A stretch of DNA of 64,000 bases from positions 128,001 through 192,000 of the forward strand of contig JBHLRP010000001.1 of the NCBI GenBank assembly GCA_048882485.1, in the 5' to 3' direction. The notes under the pieces are model-generated. The model saw only the letters and a list, made by a program, of their open reading frames with translations. It did not search any database and had not been told where the DNA came from. Of the stretch, positions 55,930 to 64,000 are shown piece after piece. Source of the DNA: Candidatus Thorarchaeota archaeon (GTDB taxonomy: Archaea; Asgardarchaeota; Thorarchaeia; Thorarchaeales; Thorarchaeaceae). Each line of letters starts with the position of its first letter. Position 1 is the first letter of the stretch. The translations under genes were made by a program, and so were the position numbers.

Positions 55930-58900
55930 ATGGGTCACACTGCATCTATTGGAGGAGACGTTAGAATGCACAGTCGTCGGACTCTTTCACTTACAATCTT
56001 GCTACTGCCGATTCTTCTTCTGTCGACCTTTGGAGGTCATAACATTATAGGACAAGATACTGAAAGATCTCGTCTTGTTGATATTGGAGGAGGACAGACT
56101 ATTGAGGTCCAACAGGATGAAGTCCTCCAGTCATACAGCCTATCCGATGTACCGCTTTCTCGTGATGGCGTTGGGTCTCCTCTGAATGTTTCAGAATATG
56201 GGGCGAGGACTGACAGCTTCACGGATATCGAACTCACCTATGAAACCTCCAACACGACGACTTCTGATACAACTTCTGTGCCATTAGGTCCTCTCTGGGA
56301 AGGGACAGCAATTTCCACCTATATCAGTGATCTGCAAGAGAATCGAACTTGGCTAACAAATCCTGATTTTGCTACAACAGCTGACTGGGTCACAGGCCAC
56401 GATGATGTTGGGGATTACACAAACCAATTGACAAACACTATTAGTGGGGGATACGTCAGCTTTACACAATCAGGATATTGGGACGGTAGCTGGTACCGAC
56501 ACGATCTTGGTGACCGCTGCTATGCTGAGCAGAGTATATCCACAAATAGCGGGGAGGTCACGTGGGTAGGAGTGTCACTTGACTATTATGTGGATGACGA
56601 CTGGGGTGGAGGACCCGTTGGCTTTTGGGAGCTCTACGTTCAAGTAGGATCGGCGGATATTCCAGCTAATCATCTTTGGGATAAGCAGTTCAGTGATGTT
56701 CTGGCGCAGACAACATGGTACTCCACTGGGCTTATTGAAGGGGATGCCTCACTGATTACATCCTCAGATTTCACCTTGCAGATTGGAATGAGGACCACAC
56801 GAACATTTGGATGTAGACCTCAGCTGAATGGCGAAGTCCGAATGGACAATGTGAAGGTGTACGTCAAGTCCCGCGTTCAGCCTTCGCAAGTGAATCTGCA
56901 GATGAACGGATTGGATGTTGCGAACGTTAGCGACGGAATTGGTGGCTGGCTATGGGGAATTGGCACTGCATCTGAGGTGCCACAAAGTCCTTGGATTGCA
57001 AACTCCGTTAACTCAACCTTCACTTGGACCCCCAACCCAGTCAATCCTGATCCAAATGATGTGATTCGCGTGACTTTCTCTGTTGATATGACTGTCTTTG
57101 CGCGGAAGTTAGATAGCTCCTCATTGTATAAAGCTGAAGTTCAAAGCTATGGGGATTACTTCACAGTTTCGAATAACTCTCAGGTCAGCTGGAATAGCTA
57201 TTATTTCGTTGCTGTTCCTAACGGCTACTCAAATCCATATTTCTTCAATCTGACAAAAGAAGCGACTCGCACATTCGATATGGTGTCAGAACCTAGATAC
57301 CCCGACTCTGACTTTCCCTATTGGACTCAGGACTCGACCAGTGTGAATGTTTCCGTGTACGAGGAAGTTACTGGCATATATCAGAATGGATTCTGGCGTC
57401 TTCAAGGGCACTCCGCCAACATGATTCAGAACCTGCAGATGTGGACTGGCTCTGCTTGGGATTCAACTTTCACCTATCGTGCCTATGACAATGTGCGCTT
57501 CAGGGCGCAACTCAGTTCTGCTTTCAATGGTGCAGTGGTAAGCTTCTCAATCTATGATACTTCCGGGGCATTATGGGACCGCCTTGAGGCCACAGTTATT
57601 GGAGGGTTTGCTGAAACCACAGACGTGAATCTTGATGCTTTGACAGCTGAGGTTGGAAAATGGACTGTTCAAGCGTTTGCGAACGATTCTGTTTCAGGCG
57701 GCCCGATTCATGATGTGGGTTTCTATGGCAGAGTGTTTACGATTCAACATTCCACAGACATGTATGTAACATACCCGCGACAGTCGCAGATCACTTGGAT
57801 GAGCAACCTCACGTACGGCCAGGACATGTTGCTTCAGGTGAGAGTTAATGATTCTGATAATGGTGACCTTCTTCCAGGTGGTTCCGCAACCTACAATTGG
57901 ACCAGTGGAGTCAACCCTTTGAATGACATGGGAACAGGAGAATACAGCGTTGTTCTGAACACAGCTGACTTAGGCACTCCCGGTCGATATGCCATCACTC
58001 TAACGTGGAGCAATATCTACTATGACTCAATCCTAGAAACATTCGTCATCAATGTCATAGAAGAAACAAGTCTAAGTTCTCCTGATGCACCAGGACTGAC
58101 AGTTCCTCGTAGCTCTGATGCAGCCTTTGAGCTCATCTTTGCCGATTCCCGTGATGCAGGTATTGATGGAGCCACCATACTCTGTAATTGGACCGACTCA
58201 TCATACACAATTGTCCCAGCAGCTGGTGAACCTGGGAACTATACATTGACGATAACAACTCCGAATACGGACCTAGGAACATATGCAGTAATTGTCACCG
58301 CGCAGAAGGACTTCTACGTCACAGCCAGCATCACGCTATTCATTGAAGTCAGACAGTTGTTCACATCAGTGTCGACCTCTCGGAGCGTTGTCTACCTTCC
58401 AATCGGATTCCAGGAGTCTGTTTCATTGACAGTGTGGGACACGGATCATGATCTGCCTATTACTGGGGCTGATAGCTCAATAGTATGCAATTGGTCAGAA
58501 AGTCATGTTCTCGGAGATCAGAACTACACAGTAACAATGACATCTCCAGGGATATATGAAGTTGTATTCTTCTCCACTGAAGCTGACTTTCTACAGAGCT
58601 ACGATGTCGTCTTTGATGTGAGTAGGTTTGGCTATCAGAATCATACTTTCTCAATTACGGTCATTGTCACCAGCCATCTTACCCTCTTATCTCTTGATAA
58701 TCCCGTTGAGCCTACACCTTATACCGGGACTATTCTCATCAATGTGACATATTTTGATGCATCAACACTCTCAGGCATAATTGGATCAGATGTGTTAATC
58801 TATGTGACCTCTCCAGTCGTCGAGCCTCTGAGCTATACGGTATACAATGGTTCAATCGCTGGACAATACATTATTGCTGTGCCTGCGAGCCAATGGGGTG

Positions 58901-61900
58901 ATATTGGCTGGAAGCAACTATCAGTATATGCGAATTGGACCGGCCAACGTGCAAAGTACGATAATAAAGTCCTAACCTTCTCAGTAAGAATCTCAGGAGC
59001 CCCGACGGACCTATTCCTAGGGACCAGTCCAACATCCACGCCTTATGGTGAGAATGTTACATTTACTATAATCTACTGGGATGTCGGTGCCACCAACGGA
59101 ATTGTGAATGGCACTGGCCCATTCGCCAATAACGTTCTCATCTATATTGAAGTAATCACACCAGGGCAAACATTAACACAGAGCCTCATGGTGATTACAG
59201 AAATCGATTTCGTTGGTAGTCCTGGTGAATACCGGATAGAGTTCAACTCATCCTATTTGTCTGGACTTATCGAATGTCAGCTGCGGATACGTGTTAATTG
59301 GACAAAAGGAGCCCTTCCGCTCTATGAGAACAGAACTCTAATCCTCAGCGTCTTTTCCACTTACAGACAGACAGTCGTTAATTGGAATCCATTACCTGTC
59401 ACACCGTACGATGAAAAGGTCAATCTTACACTAACCTTCAAGGATGTATTGTCGGACAGCAATATTTTAGATAGTCCAAGTCTTGAAATCGCGACTCCAG
59501 GTTATGCATTCACAATCTATTATGACGGTGATGCCACTGGCATATTCTTCATAGAGGTTGATACGTCGCTCTTCTTGTCAACTGGAACCCATTCATTTCA
59601 GGTGAATCTTGTATGGTCTGGTAGTCCATTCTATCAGAATCGTACGGTGAACATCTTCATCAACGTGCGTGAACGGTACACATCGCTAACGCATGGCGTA
59701 TACTCACCGGTTGAATTTGGCAACAATTTAACCTTGGTGTTCATATACACTGATCAGGATGATCTCACATCGCTGGGAATGGACGGAGGCACTCTCACAG
59801 TAATGGGATTGGCTGGATTCTACGATGTCGCGGACAATGGCGATGGAACCTACACACTTGAGTTGAGGACTGATGGATTCCCGTCTACTGGAACTTTCAT
59901 CGTAAACGTTTCAATTGCCTATGGAGGAGCCAGGTTTTCTGCAGATGCTGTTGACTTCTTCTACTTGACAATTCAAGCTAGACGTACCCAGATGACAAGT
60001 GAGCTTCCAGATCTTGCACCATTCCTCACTCAAGCTAACATAACAGTCCAATACATCGATGACAGTACAGATGTGGGGATTGAAGGAGCTCAGGTCTACG
60101 CATTTTGTGCTACATCTTCCCAGCCTCTTGTACCAGACAGCAACTACTGGGTCGATGACCTTGGTTCTGGCTACTACAGAGTCCGCATATCCACTATTGC
60201 CCTTGGCAATTTTGGCCGATACACAATTGAAATCACAGCAAACTGGACTGGCAGTCCCTTCTATCTAGAACGAGTCCGACTGGTGGACATTGAGGTTTCA
60301 AGAAGACCTGTCAGCCTGAGTGTTTCAAAATCACCGCTCAACACACCCTTCCTTGAGAATGTGAATTTCGAATTGACAATAGCTGATTCTCTCGATGGCT
60401 CTCCAATATCACTAAACAAGAGTGTACTCATTATCACACATGGAGGAGGCACGCTGATTCTGGATTCAGAATACAGCATAAGTGGTGCCAATGGTGTCTA
60501 TGTAATATCAATCAACTCGACTGTTCTAACATCTGTGCTAGTTTCGGGTCATCCGATCTTTGTCAAGTTCTTCTGGGGCGACTTCACTCCATATTATGCC
60601 AACTCGACAACATCAACCGCAGTCGAAATCAATACTCGCTTCACGCAAGGTCGTGTGCTTGCAACTCCAGGTGCCTTCTATTACTTTAACTTGAGTGCCA
60701 TTATCGAATTCAGCGACTACCTCTCGGGTAATCCTATCCCTGGTGCCATGGTGACTTTTACGTGCGTCAATGATTCTGTCTTCTCAAGTTGGATTGTTGA
60801 CATGGGCGATGGGCGATACACCATCATCGTCGATACAAACGACCTTGAAGATGGCATAGGTCGCTACTTCTTCAGTGCCGATATCACATGGTCTGAATCT
60901 CCATATTATGAAGATGTCATTGGGTTGGCGTTCAGTGTGCTAGTCAATCCGGTTTCAACAAGCCTGAATTTTGTCCTACCTCAAGGAGTCACATACTATC
61001 TTGGGGACCTAGTAGTTGGAAACATCACCTTCACAGATATCAACGAAGGTCAAGGCATTGATGGAGCCACTGTTGTCAGTGATTGGACAGCCCTCTGGGG
61101 AACTACTCACACAATCACTCCACTTGGAAACGGCATCTACAGGATGGAGATTGACACATCAGGACTCAATGCGCAAATCTATACCTTCAGCATTAATGCT
61201 TCAAAGCCCCTCCATCTTAGCAGATCAGTCACAGCGGACATTCTATTGGCAGCTATCCCTGTTGAGATTGATCTAGTATTCTCACCGACTGACCCTGTTT
61301 GGGGTGATGTTCTTGAGTTCAGCGCTAACATCACTGACGCCCGAAATGGAGCCCCTGTCCTAGGAGCCACTGTAAATCTCACCCTCTACGGGCGAACATA
61401 TACTATGGCCGAAATCGGTGGTGGTATTTACAATGCTACCGTTTCAACAATGGGTCTTGTTAGTGGCGAATATACAATCAGGGTCGAATCAACTCTTCTG
61501 AACTATGAAACCAGACAGAGAGACTTTCAGATTCGCATTGATAAAGTCGCAGCTAATATGCTGGCTTCATTGGACCCGCAAATCGCAGTTAACGGAGAAA
61601 CAGTGACAATTGAAGCTGATTACTTAATATTGTCAAACGGCACGGCTATAGACATTGGCTTGGTCACATATAGCTGGATTGGAGGTACTGGTTTTCTCAC
61701 TTGGGTGCCTGCGCAGCAGAAGTACATCGGTCAAATGATTGTAGCAAGCGCAGCTGTAGGTAACCACCAGATTCTCATCCAAGCAAGCTCCTCAATCTAC
61801 AAGAGTGTGAGTACTCCCATAACTATTGAGATAACTGAGATTACCACTGCTCTATCTGCGTATCAAGACATTACTGTTTTGTCAGCAGTTTCTGGAGATT

Positions 61901-63690
61901 TCGTGAATGTTACAGTCTACTTGGAGAATGTTGATCTGACTGGACCAGTTCTTGGTGCCACATTGACATACGGAATAGATGTGATTATAGGTGACCTGAC
62001 CGAGTTGGGCAATGGCTACTACACCGCTCAAGTACCAACTGGTGCACCCCTACAAATAGGCGACTGGGTTCTTACTGTGTCAAGTGTAAAGGATGGATTT
62101 ACTCCTGCCTCTACGCAATTCACAATAACAATTCTCAAAGTGCCAACTGCAGTCCTTCCAATAAGCGATGTGCTACAGAATGGATACTATGGGACCAACT
62201 TAACATTCCTCTTGAGCTTTAATGACACCTTCAACAACATTGGAATAACAGGTGCATTGGCGACATATGTGCTAGAAGGCAGGGGTGGCACACTTGTGGA
62301 GATTGGTGGTGGAGTCTATTCTCTAACCATCAATACCACTTGGGTTTCAGCTGGCCTAATCTCCCATGATATCTCAGTAACCTTCCAAAAGAATCTCTTT
62401 GACTATGCCTATAGCGTTGTTAAGTTTGTATCAATGCCAATCTCAACTGAGGTTATTGGGTCTGATTCCGCCACAGTTCCAGTTGGTGACGACTTCACTC
62501 AGATGTTCCAGTTTAATGATACTCTAAACAATGAGCTTCTCGTTGACGCATCTGTTACAGCATTCTGGGAGTTTGGTTCCGCTCCACTGTTTGCATTGGG
62601 CAATGGATCATATAGATTCGGTCCCACTGAGGCTGGCTTTAGCAGGCTGGAAGTGAGAAGCGAACCCTATGCACTTAGGATTCTATTCAGCAAAGCTAAC
62701 TACTCAACAGAGCAGCTGAATTTTGAACTCACGATTCGTGAGATTGCGACCACAATGATTTTCGAACCTCTGCCCCCAAGCATCTATGTTGGAGAACCTA
62801 TCTATGTCCGAGTTACCTACATGGATGTCGACCATGGCGTTCCAATCATCGGCGCAATCAACACCACAATTGGTTTCGACAATGAACCTGATCTAGCGTC
62901 GGTTCATCCAAACGGCACGTATGTGTTTGTTTTCGTTCCAAGAGGCGTGGCTCTTACCGAGCTGATTATCACTCTGGACAAGGAGGACTATCAGACCGGT
63001 GTCCTATCCTTTGATATCTACTCAGAGTTCTCACCTGAAACCCTAGGTCTGTTTAGGACATTCAGCTATGCAGGGCTTTTGCTGATCCTCGTTGCTGGAC
63101 TGGCAGCTGCATATGTGAGAGTCTGGTCTGTACCGAAGCTTCTCAGAATCATTAGACGCATGGTCTCATTGCTAGGCAAGGGGCAAATCCCACCTGCTGC
63201 AAAAGTCCGTGATAGAAGGGCATACCTCCTGCACGTGATGAATGACGAATTGGAGCCTGTTGGCATCAGGAAGACAATGCAGGACGTTGCTGTGTCCACG
63301 GTTGAGGTTGAGGCTCTTGATGTTGAACAGCTATTAGAAGAACTGCAAGTCGTCGTTGGCCTCACTCATGAAGACATTTCTGTTTTGAGGAGTGACCTAG
63401 AAAAGATGCGACCCAGCGAGCGCGCAGGGTTCATTGGAGAGGTCATTCGACAGGAGAGAGCAAGGAGAGCTCGGGAACTAGCCGAGGTTGAGGTGTCAGC
63501 TGAGGCACCTGAGGCGGTTTCAGAGGCTGAACGCATGCTGACAGAGGATGAGCTTGAACATTTGAAACAGGAGCTCATCAAGATGGGAATAGAACCGTCT
63601 GAGGCGGACCTCATGGTGGAGCAAGCGAAATCGCTTACTAAAGCGGAAATAGACGCACTACTGGATCAGATAGGAGGTCTAAAGGAATGA
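55930..63690 (+). CDS. Giant (2586 aa) single-pass surface glycoprotein with about 17 Ig-like repeats and a ~185-aa helical cytoplasmic tail
   Basis: Signal peptide (alternative start 55966); repeated D/ExGxGxY...T..L..GxY motifs; many NxS/T sequons; TM at about 63061-63126. Confidence 0.82.
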   Translation: MGHTASIGGDVRMHSRRTLSLTILLLPILLLSTFGGHNIIGQDTERSRLVDIGGGQTIEVQQDEVLQSYSLSDVPLSRDGVGSPLNVSEYGARTDSFTDIELTYETSNTTTSDTTSVPLGPLWEGTAISTYISDLQENRTWLTNPDFATTADWVTGHDDVGDYTNQLTNTISGGYVSFTQSGYWDGSWYRHDLGDRCYAEQSISTNSGEVTWVGVSLDYYVDDDWGGGPVGFWELYVQVGSADIPANHLWDKQFSDVLAQTTWYSTGLIEGDASLITSSDFTLQIGMRTTRTFGCRPQLNGEVRMDNVKVYVKSRVQPSQVNLQMNGLDVANVSDGIGGWLWGIGTASEVPQSPWIANSVNSTFTWTPNPVNPDPNDVIRVTFSVDMTVFARKLDSSSLYKAEVQSYGDYFTVSNNSQVSWNSYYFVAVPNGYSNPYFFNLTKEATRTFDMVSEPRYPDSDFPYWTQDSTSVNVSVYEEVTGIYQNGFWRLQGHSANMIQNLQMWTGSAWDSTFTYRAYDNVRFRAQLSSAFNGAVVSFSIYDTSGALWDRLEATVIGGFAETTDVNLDALTAEVGKWTVQAFANDSVSGGPIHDVGFYGRVFTIQHSTDMYVTYPRQSQITWMSNLTYGQDMLLQVRVNDSDNGDLLPGGSATYNWTSGVNPLNDMGTGEYSVVLNTADLGTPGRYAITLTWSNIYYDSILETFVINVIEETSLSSPDAPGLTVPRSSDAAFELIFADSRDAGIDGATILCNWTDSSYTIVPAAGEPGNYTLTITTPNTDLGTYAVIVTAQKDFYVTASITLFIEVRQLFTSVSTSRSVVYLPIGFQESVSLTVWDTDHDLPITGADSSIVCNWSESHVLGDQNYTVTMTSPGIYEVVFFSTEADFLQSYDVVFDVSRFGYQNHTFSITVIVTSHLTLLSLDNPVEPTPYTGTILINVTYFDASTLSGIIGSDVLIYVTSPVVEPLSYTVYNGSIAGQYIIAVPASQWGDIGWKQLSVYANWTGQRAKYDNKVLTFSVRISGAPTDLFLGTSPTSTPYGENVTFTIIYWDVGATNGIVNGTGPFANNVLIYIEVITPGQTLTQSLMVITEIDFVGSPGEYRIEFNSSYLSGLIECQLRIRVNWTKGALPLYENRTLILSVFSTYRQTVVNWNPLPVTPYDEKVNLTLTFKDVLSDSNILDSPSLEIATPGYAFTIYYDGDATGIFFIEVDTSLFLSTGTHSFQVNLVWSGSPFYQNRTVNIFINVRERYTSLTHGVYSPVEFGNNLTLVFIYTDQDDLTSLGMDGGTLTVMGLAGFYDVADNGDGTYTLELRTDGFPSTGTFIVNVSIAYGGARFSADAVDFFYLTIQARRTQMTSELPDLAPFLTQANITVQYIDDSTDVGIEGAQVYAFCATSSQPLVPDSNYWVDDLGSGYYRVRISTIALGNFGRYTIEITANWTGSPFYLERVRLVDIEVSRRPVSLSVSKSPLNTPFLENVNFELTIADSLDGSPISLNKSVLIITHGGGTLILDSEYSISGANGVYVISINSTVLTSVLVSGHPIFVKFFWGDFTPYYANSTTSTAVEINTRFTQGRVLATPGAFYYFNLSAIIEFSDYLSGNPIPGAMVTFTCVNDSVFSSWIVDMGDGRYTIIVDTNDLEDGIGRYFFSADITWSESPYYEDVIGLAFSVLVNPVSTSLNFVLPQGVTYYLGDLVVGNITFTDINEGQGIDGATVVSDWTALWGTTHTITPLGNGIYRMEIDTSGLNAQIYTFSINASKPLHLSRSVTADILLAAIPVEIDLVFSPTDPVWGDVLEFSANITDARNGAPVLGATVNLTLYGRTYTMAEIGGGIYNATVSTMGLVSGEYTIRVESTLLNYETRQRDFQIRIDKVAANMLASLDPQIAVNGETVTIEADYLILSNGTAIDIGLVTYSWIGGTGFLTWVPAQQKYIGQMIVASAAVGNHQILIQASSSIYKSVSTPITIEITEITTALSAYQDITVLSAVSGDFVNVTVYLENVDLTGPVLGATLTYGIDVIIGDLTELGNGYYTAQVPTGAPLQIGDWVLTVSSVKDGFTPASTQFTITILKVPTAVLPISDVLQNGYYGTNLTFLLSFNDTFNNIGITGALATYVLEGRGGTLVEIGGGVYSLTINTTWVSAGLISHDISVTFQKNLFDYAYSVVKFVSMPISTEVIGSDSATVPVGDDFTQMFQFNDTLNNELLVDASVTAFWEFGSAPLFALGNGSYRFGPTEAGFSRLEVRSEPYALRILFSKANYSTEQLNFELTIREIATTMIFEPLPPSIYVGEPIYVRVTYMDVDHGVPIIGAINTTIGFDNEPDLASVHPNGTYVFVFVPRGVALTELIITLDKEDYQTGVLSFDIYSEFSPETLGLFRTFSYAGLLLILVAGLAAAYVRVWSVPKLLRIIRRMVSLLGKGQIPPAAKVRDRRAYLLHVMNDELEPVGIRKTMQDVAVSTVEVEALDVEQLLEELQVVVGLTHEDISVLRSDLEKMRPSERAGFIGEVIRQERARRARELAEVEVSAEAPEAVSEAERMLTEDELEHLKQELIKMGIEPSEADLMVEQAKSLTKAEIDALLDQIGGLKE

Positions 63691-64000
63691 AGTCATCCAC
63701 AAGATTGGCCTTGGTCATCGCATTAGCACTTTTACTTGCCTTTGGACCTAGCAGTCCAGCTTCCTTCGACTTTAATACGTCGTATAGTGAAAGCCGAGCC
63801 ACAAATTCCAATGGTGATGCCATGCGGAGCCCATTGGGAATAGACGAAAAACCTGTAGTGTTGTCTGAGCAAGGAATGACTACTTGGCAAGGTCTGTCCT
63901 CGGGCATACCTACTGTTGCGTATGGGAATCGAACCGATACTCATCTAAATAATCAGATGCTCTATTCTCCAGGCACTGGTACGACTACTGATACCTCAGT
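63687..64000 (+). CDS. 5' part of another secreted surface protein, likely paralog of 55930-63690 (partial)
   Basis: ATGA overlap with the upstream stop and a GGAGGT SD. Translation MKSSTRLALVIALALLLAFGP... is open to the window end; VAYGNRTD resembles SEYGARTD of the upstream gene. Confidence 0.8.
   Translation, partial: MKSSTRLALVIALALLLAFGPSSPASFDFNTSYSESRATNSNGDAMRSPLGIDEKPVVLSEQGMTTWQGLSSGIPTVAYGNRTDTHLNNQMLYSPGTGTTTDTS

Noticed and set aside
823-63944. Numerous 60-175 aa ORFs antisense to or nested in long genes
   Set aside because: They are fully overlapped by well-supported CDSs and have no recognisable motifs.
1-64000. CRISPR arrays, IS elements, integrases, rRNA/tRNA genes, selenoprotein UGA read-through
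   Set aside because: None seen by eye. The redox and Fe-S proteins have ordinary Cys codons and no ORF looks truncated at an in-frame TGA. A tRNAscan/Infernal run would be needed for certainty.

Overview
This window looks like a gene-dense chromosomal segment of an Asgard archaeon, most resembling Thorarchaeia. That is an inference from the gene content: a Rab-like GTPase, a cytoplasmic LRR protein, a longin-like domain, giant Ig-repeat surface glycoproteins, and archaeal-type ACD and Lrp genes. I found no rRNA, tRNA, CRISPR array or transposase. The housekeeping and metabolic genes fit a peptide fermenter: a Dpp/Opp ABC importer, an M19 dipeptidase with a racemase, PPDK, an ADP-forming acyl-CoA synthetase alpha subunit, rubredoxin, FdhD and RsmA. 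The most interesting part is 44.7-64 kb. It holds a cluster of paralogous giant single-pass surface proteins; one has LamG plus Ig-like repeats, a TM helix and a cytoplasmic longin-like/winged-helix-like module, i.e. a receptor-like architecture. The same region encodes a membrane-anchored metzincin with a PEF-CTERM-like tail, an LRR protein, and a strongly structured intergenic element at 53351-53493 that is a candidate ncRNA or pseudoknot. Other oddities are an M48 protease with an inserted EF-hand next to the Rab-like GTPase, a tandem pair of DUF4139/4140 proteins lacking signal peptides, and an unannotated rubredoxin. All family calls come from motif recognition only; no database searches were run.
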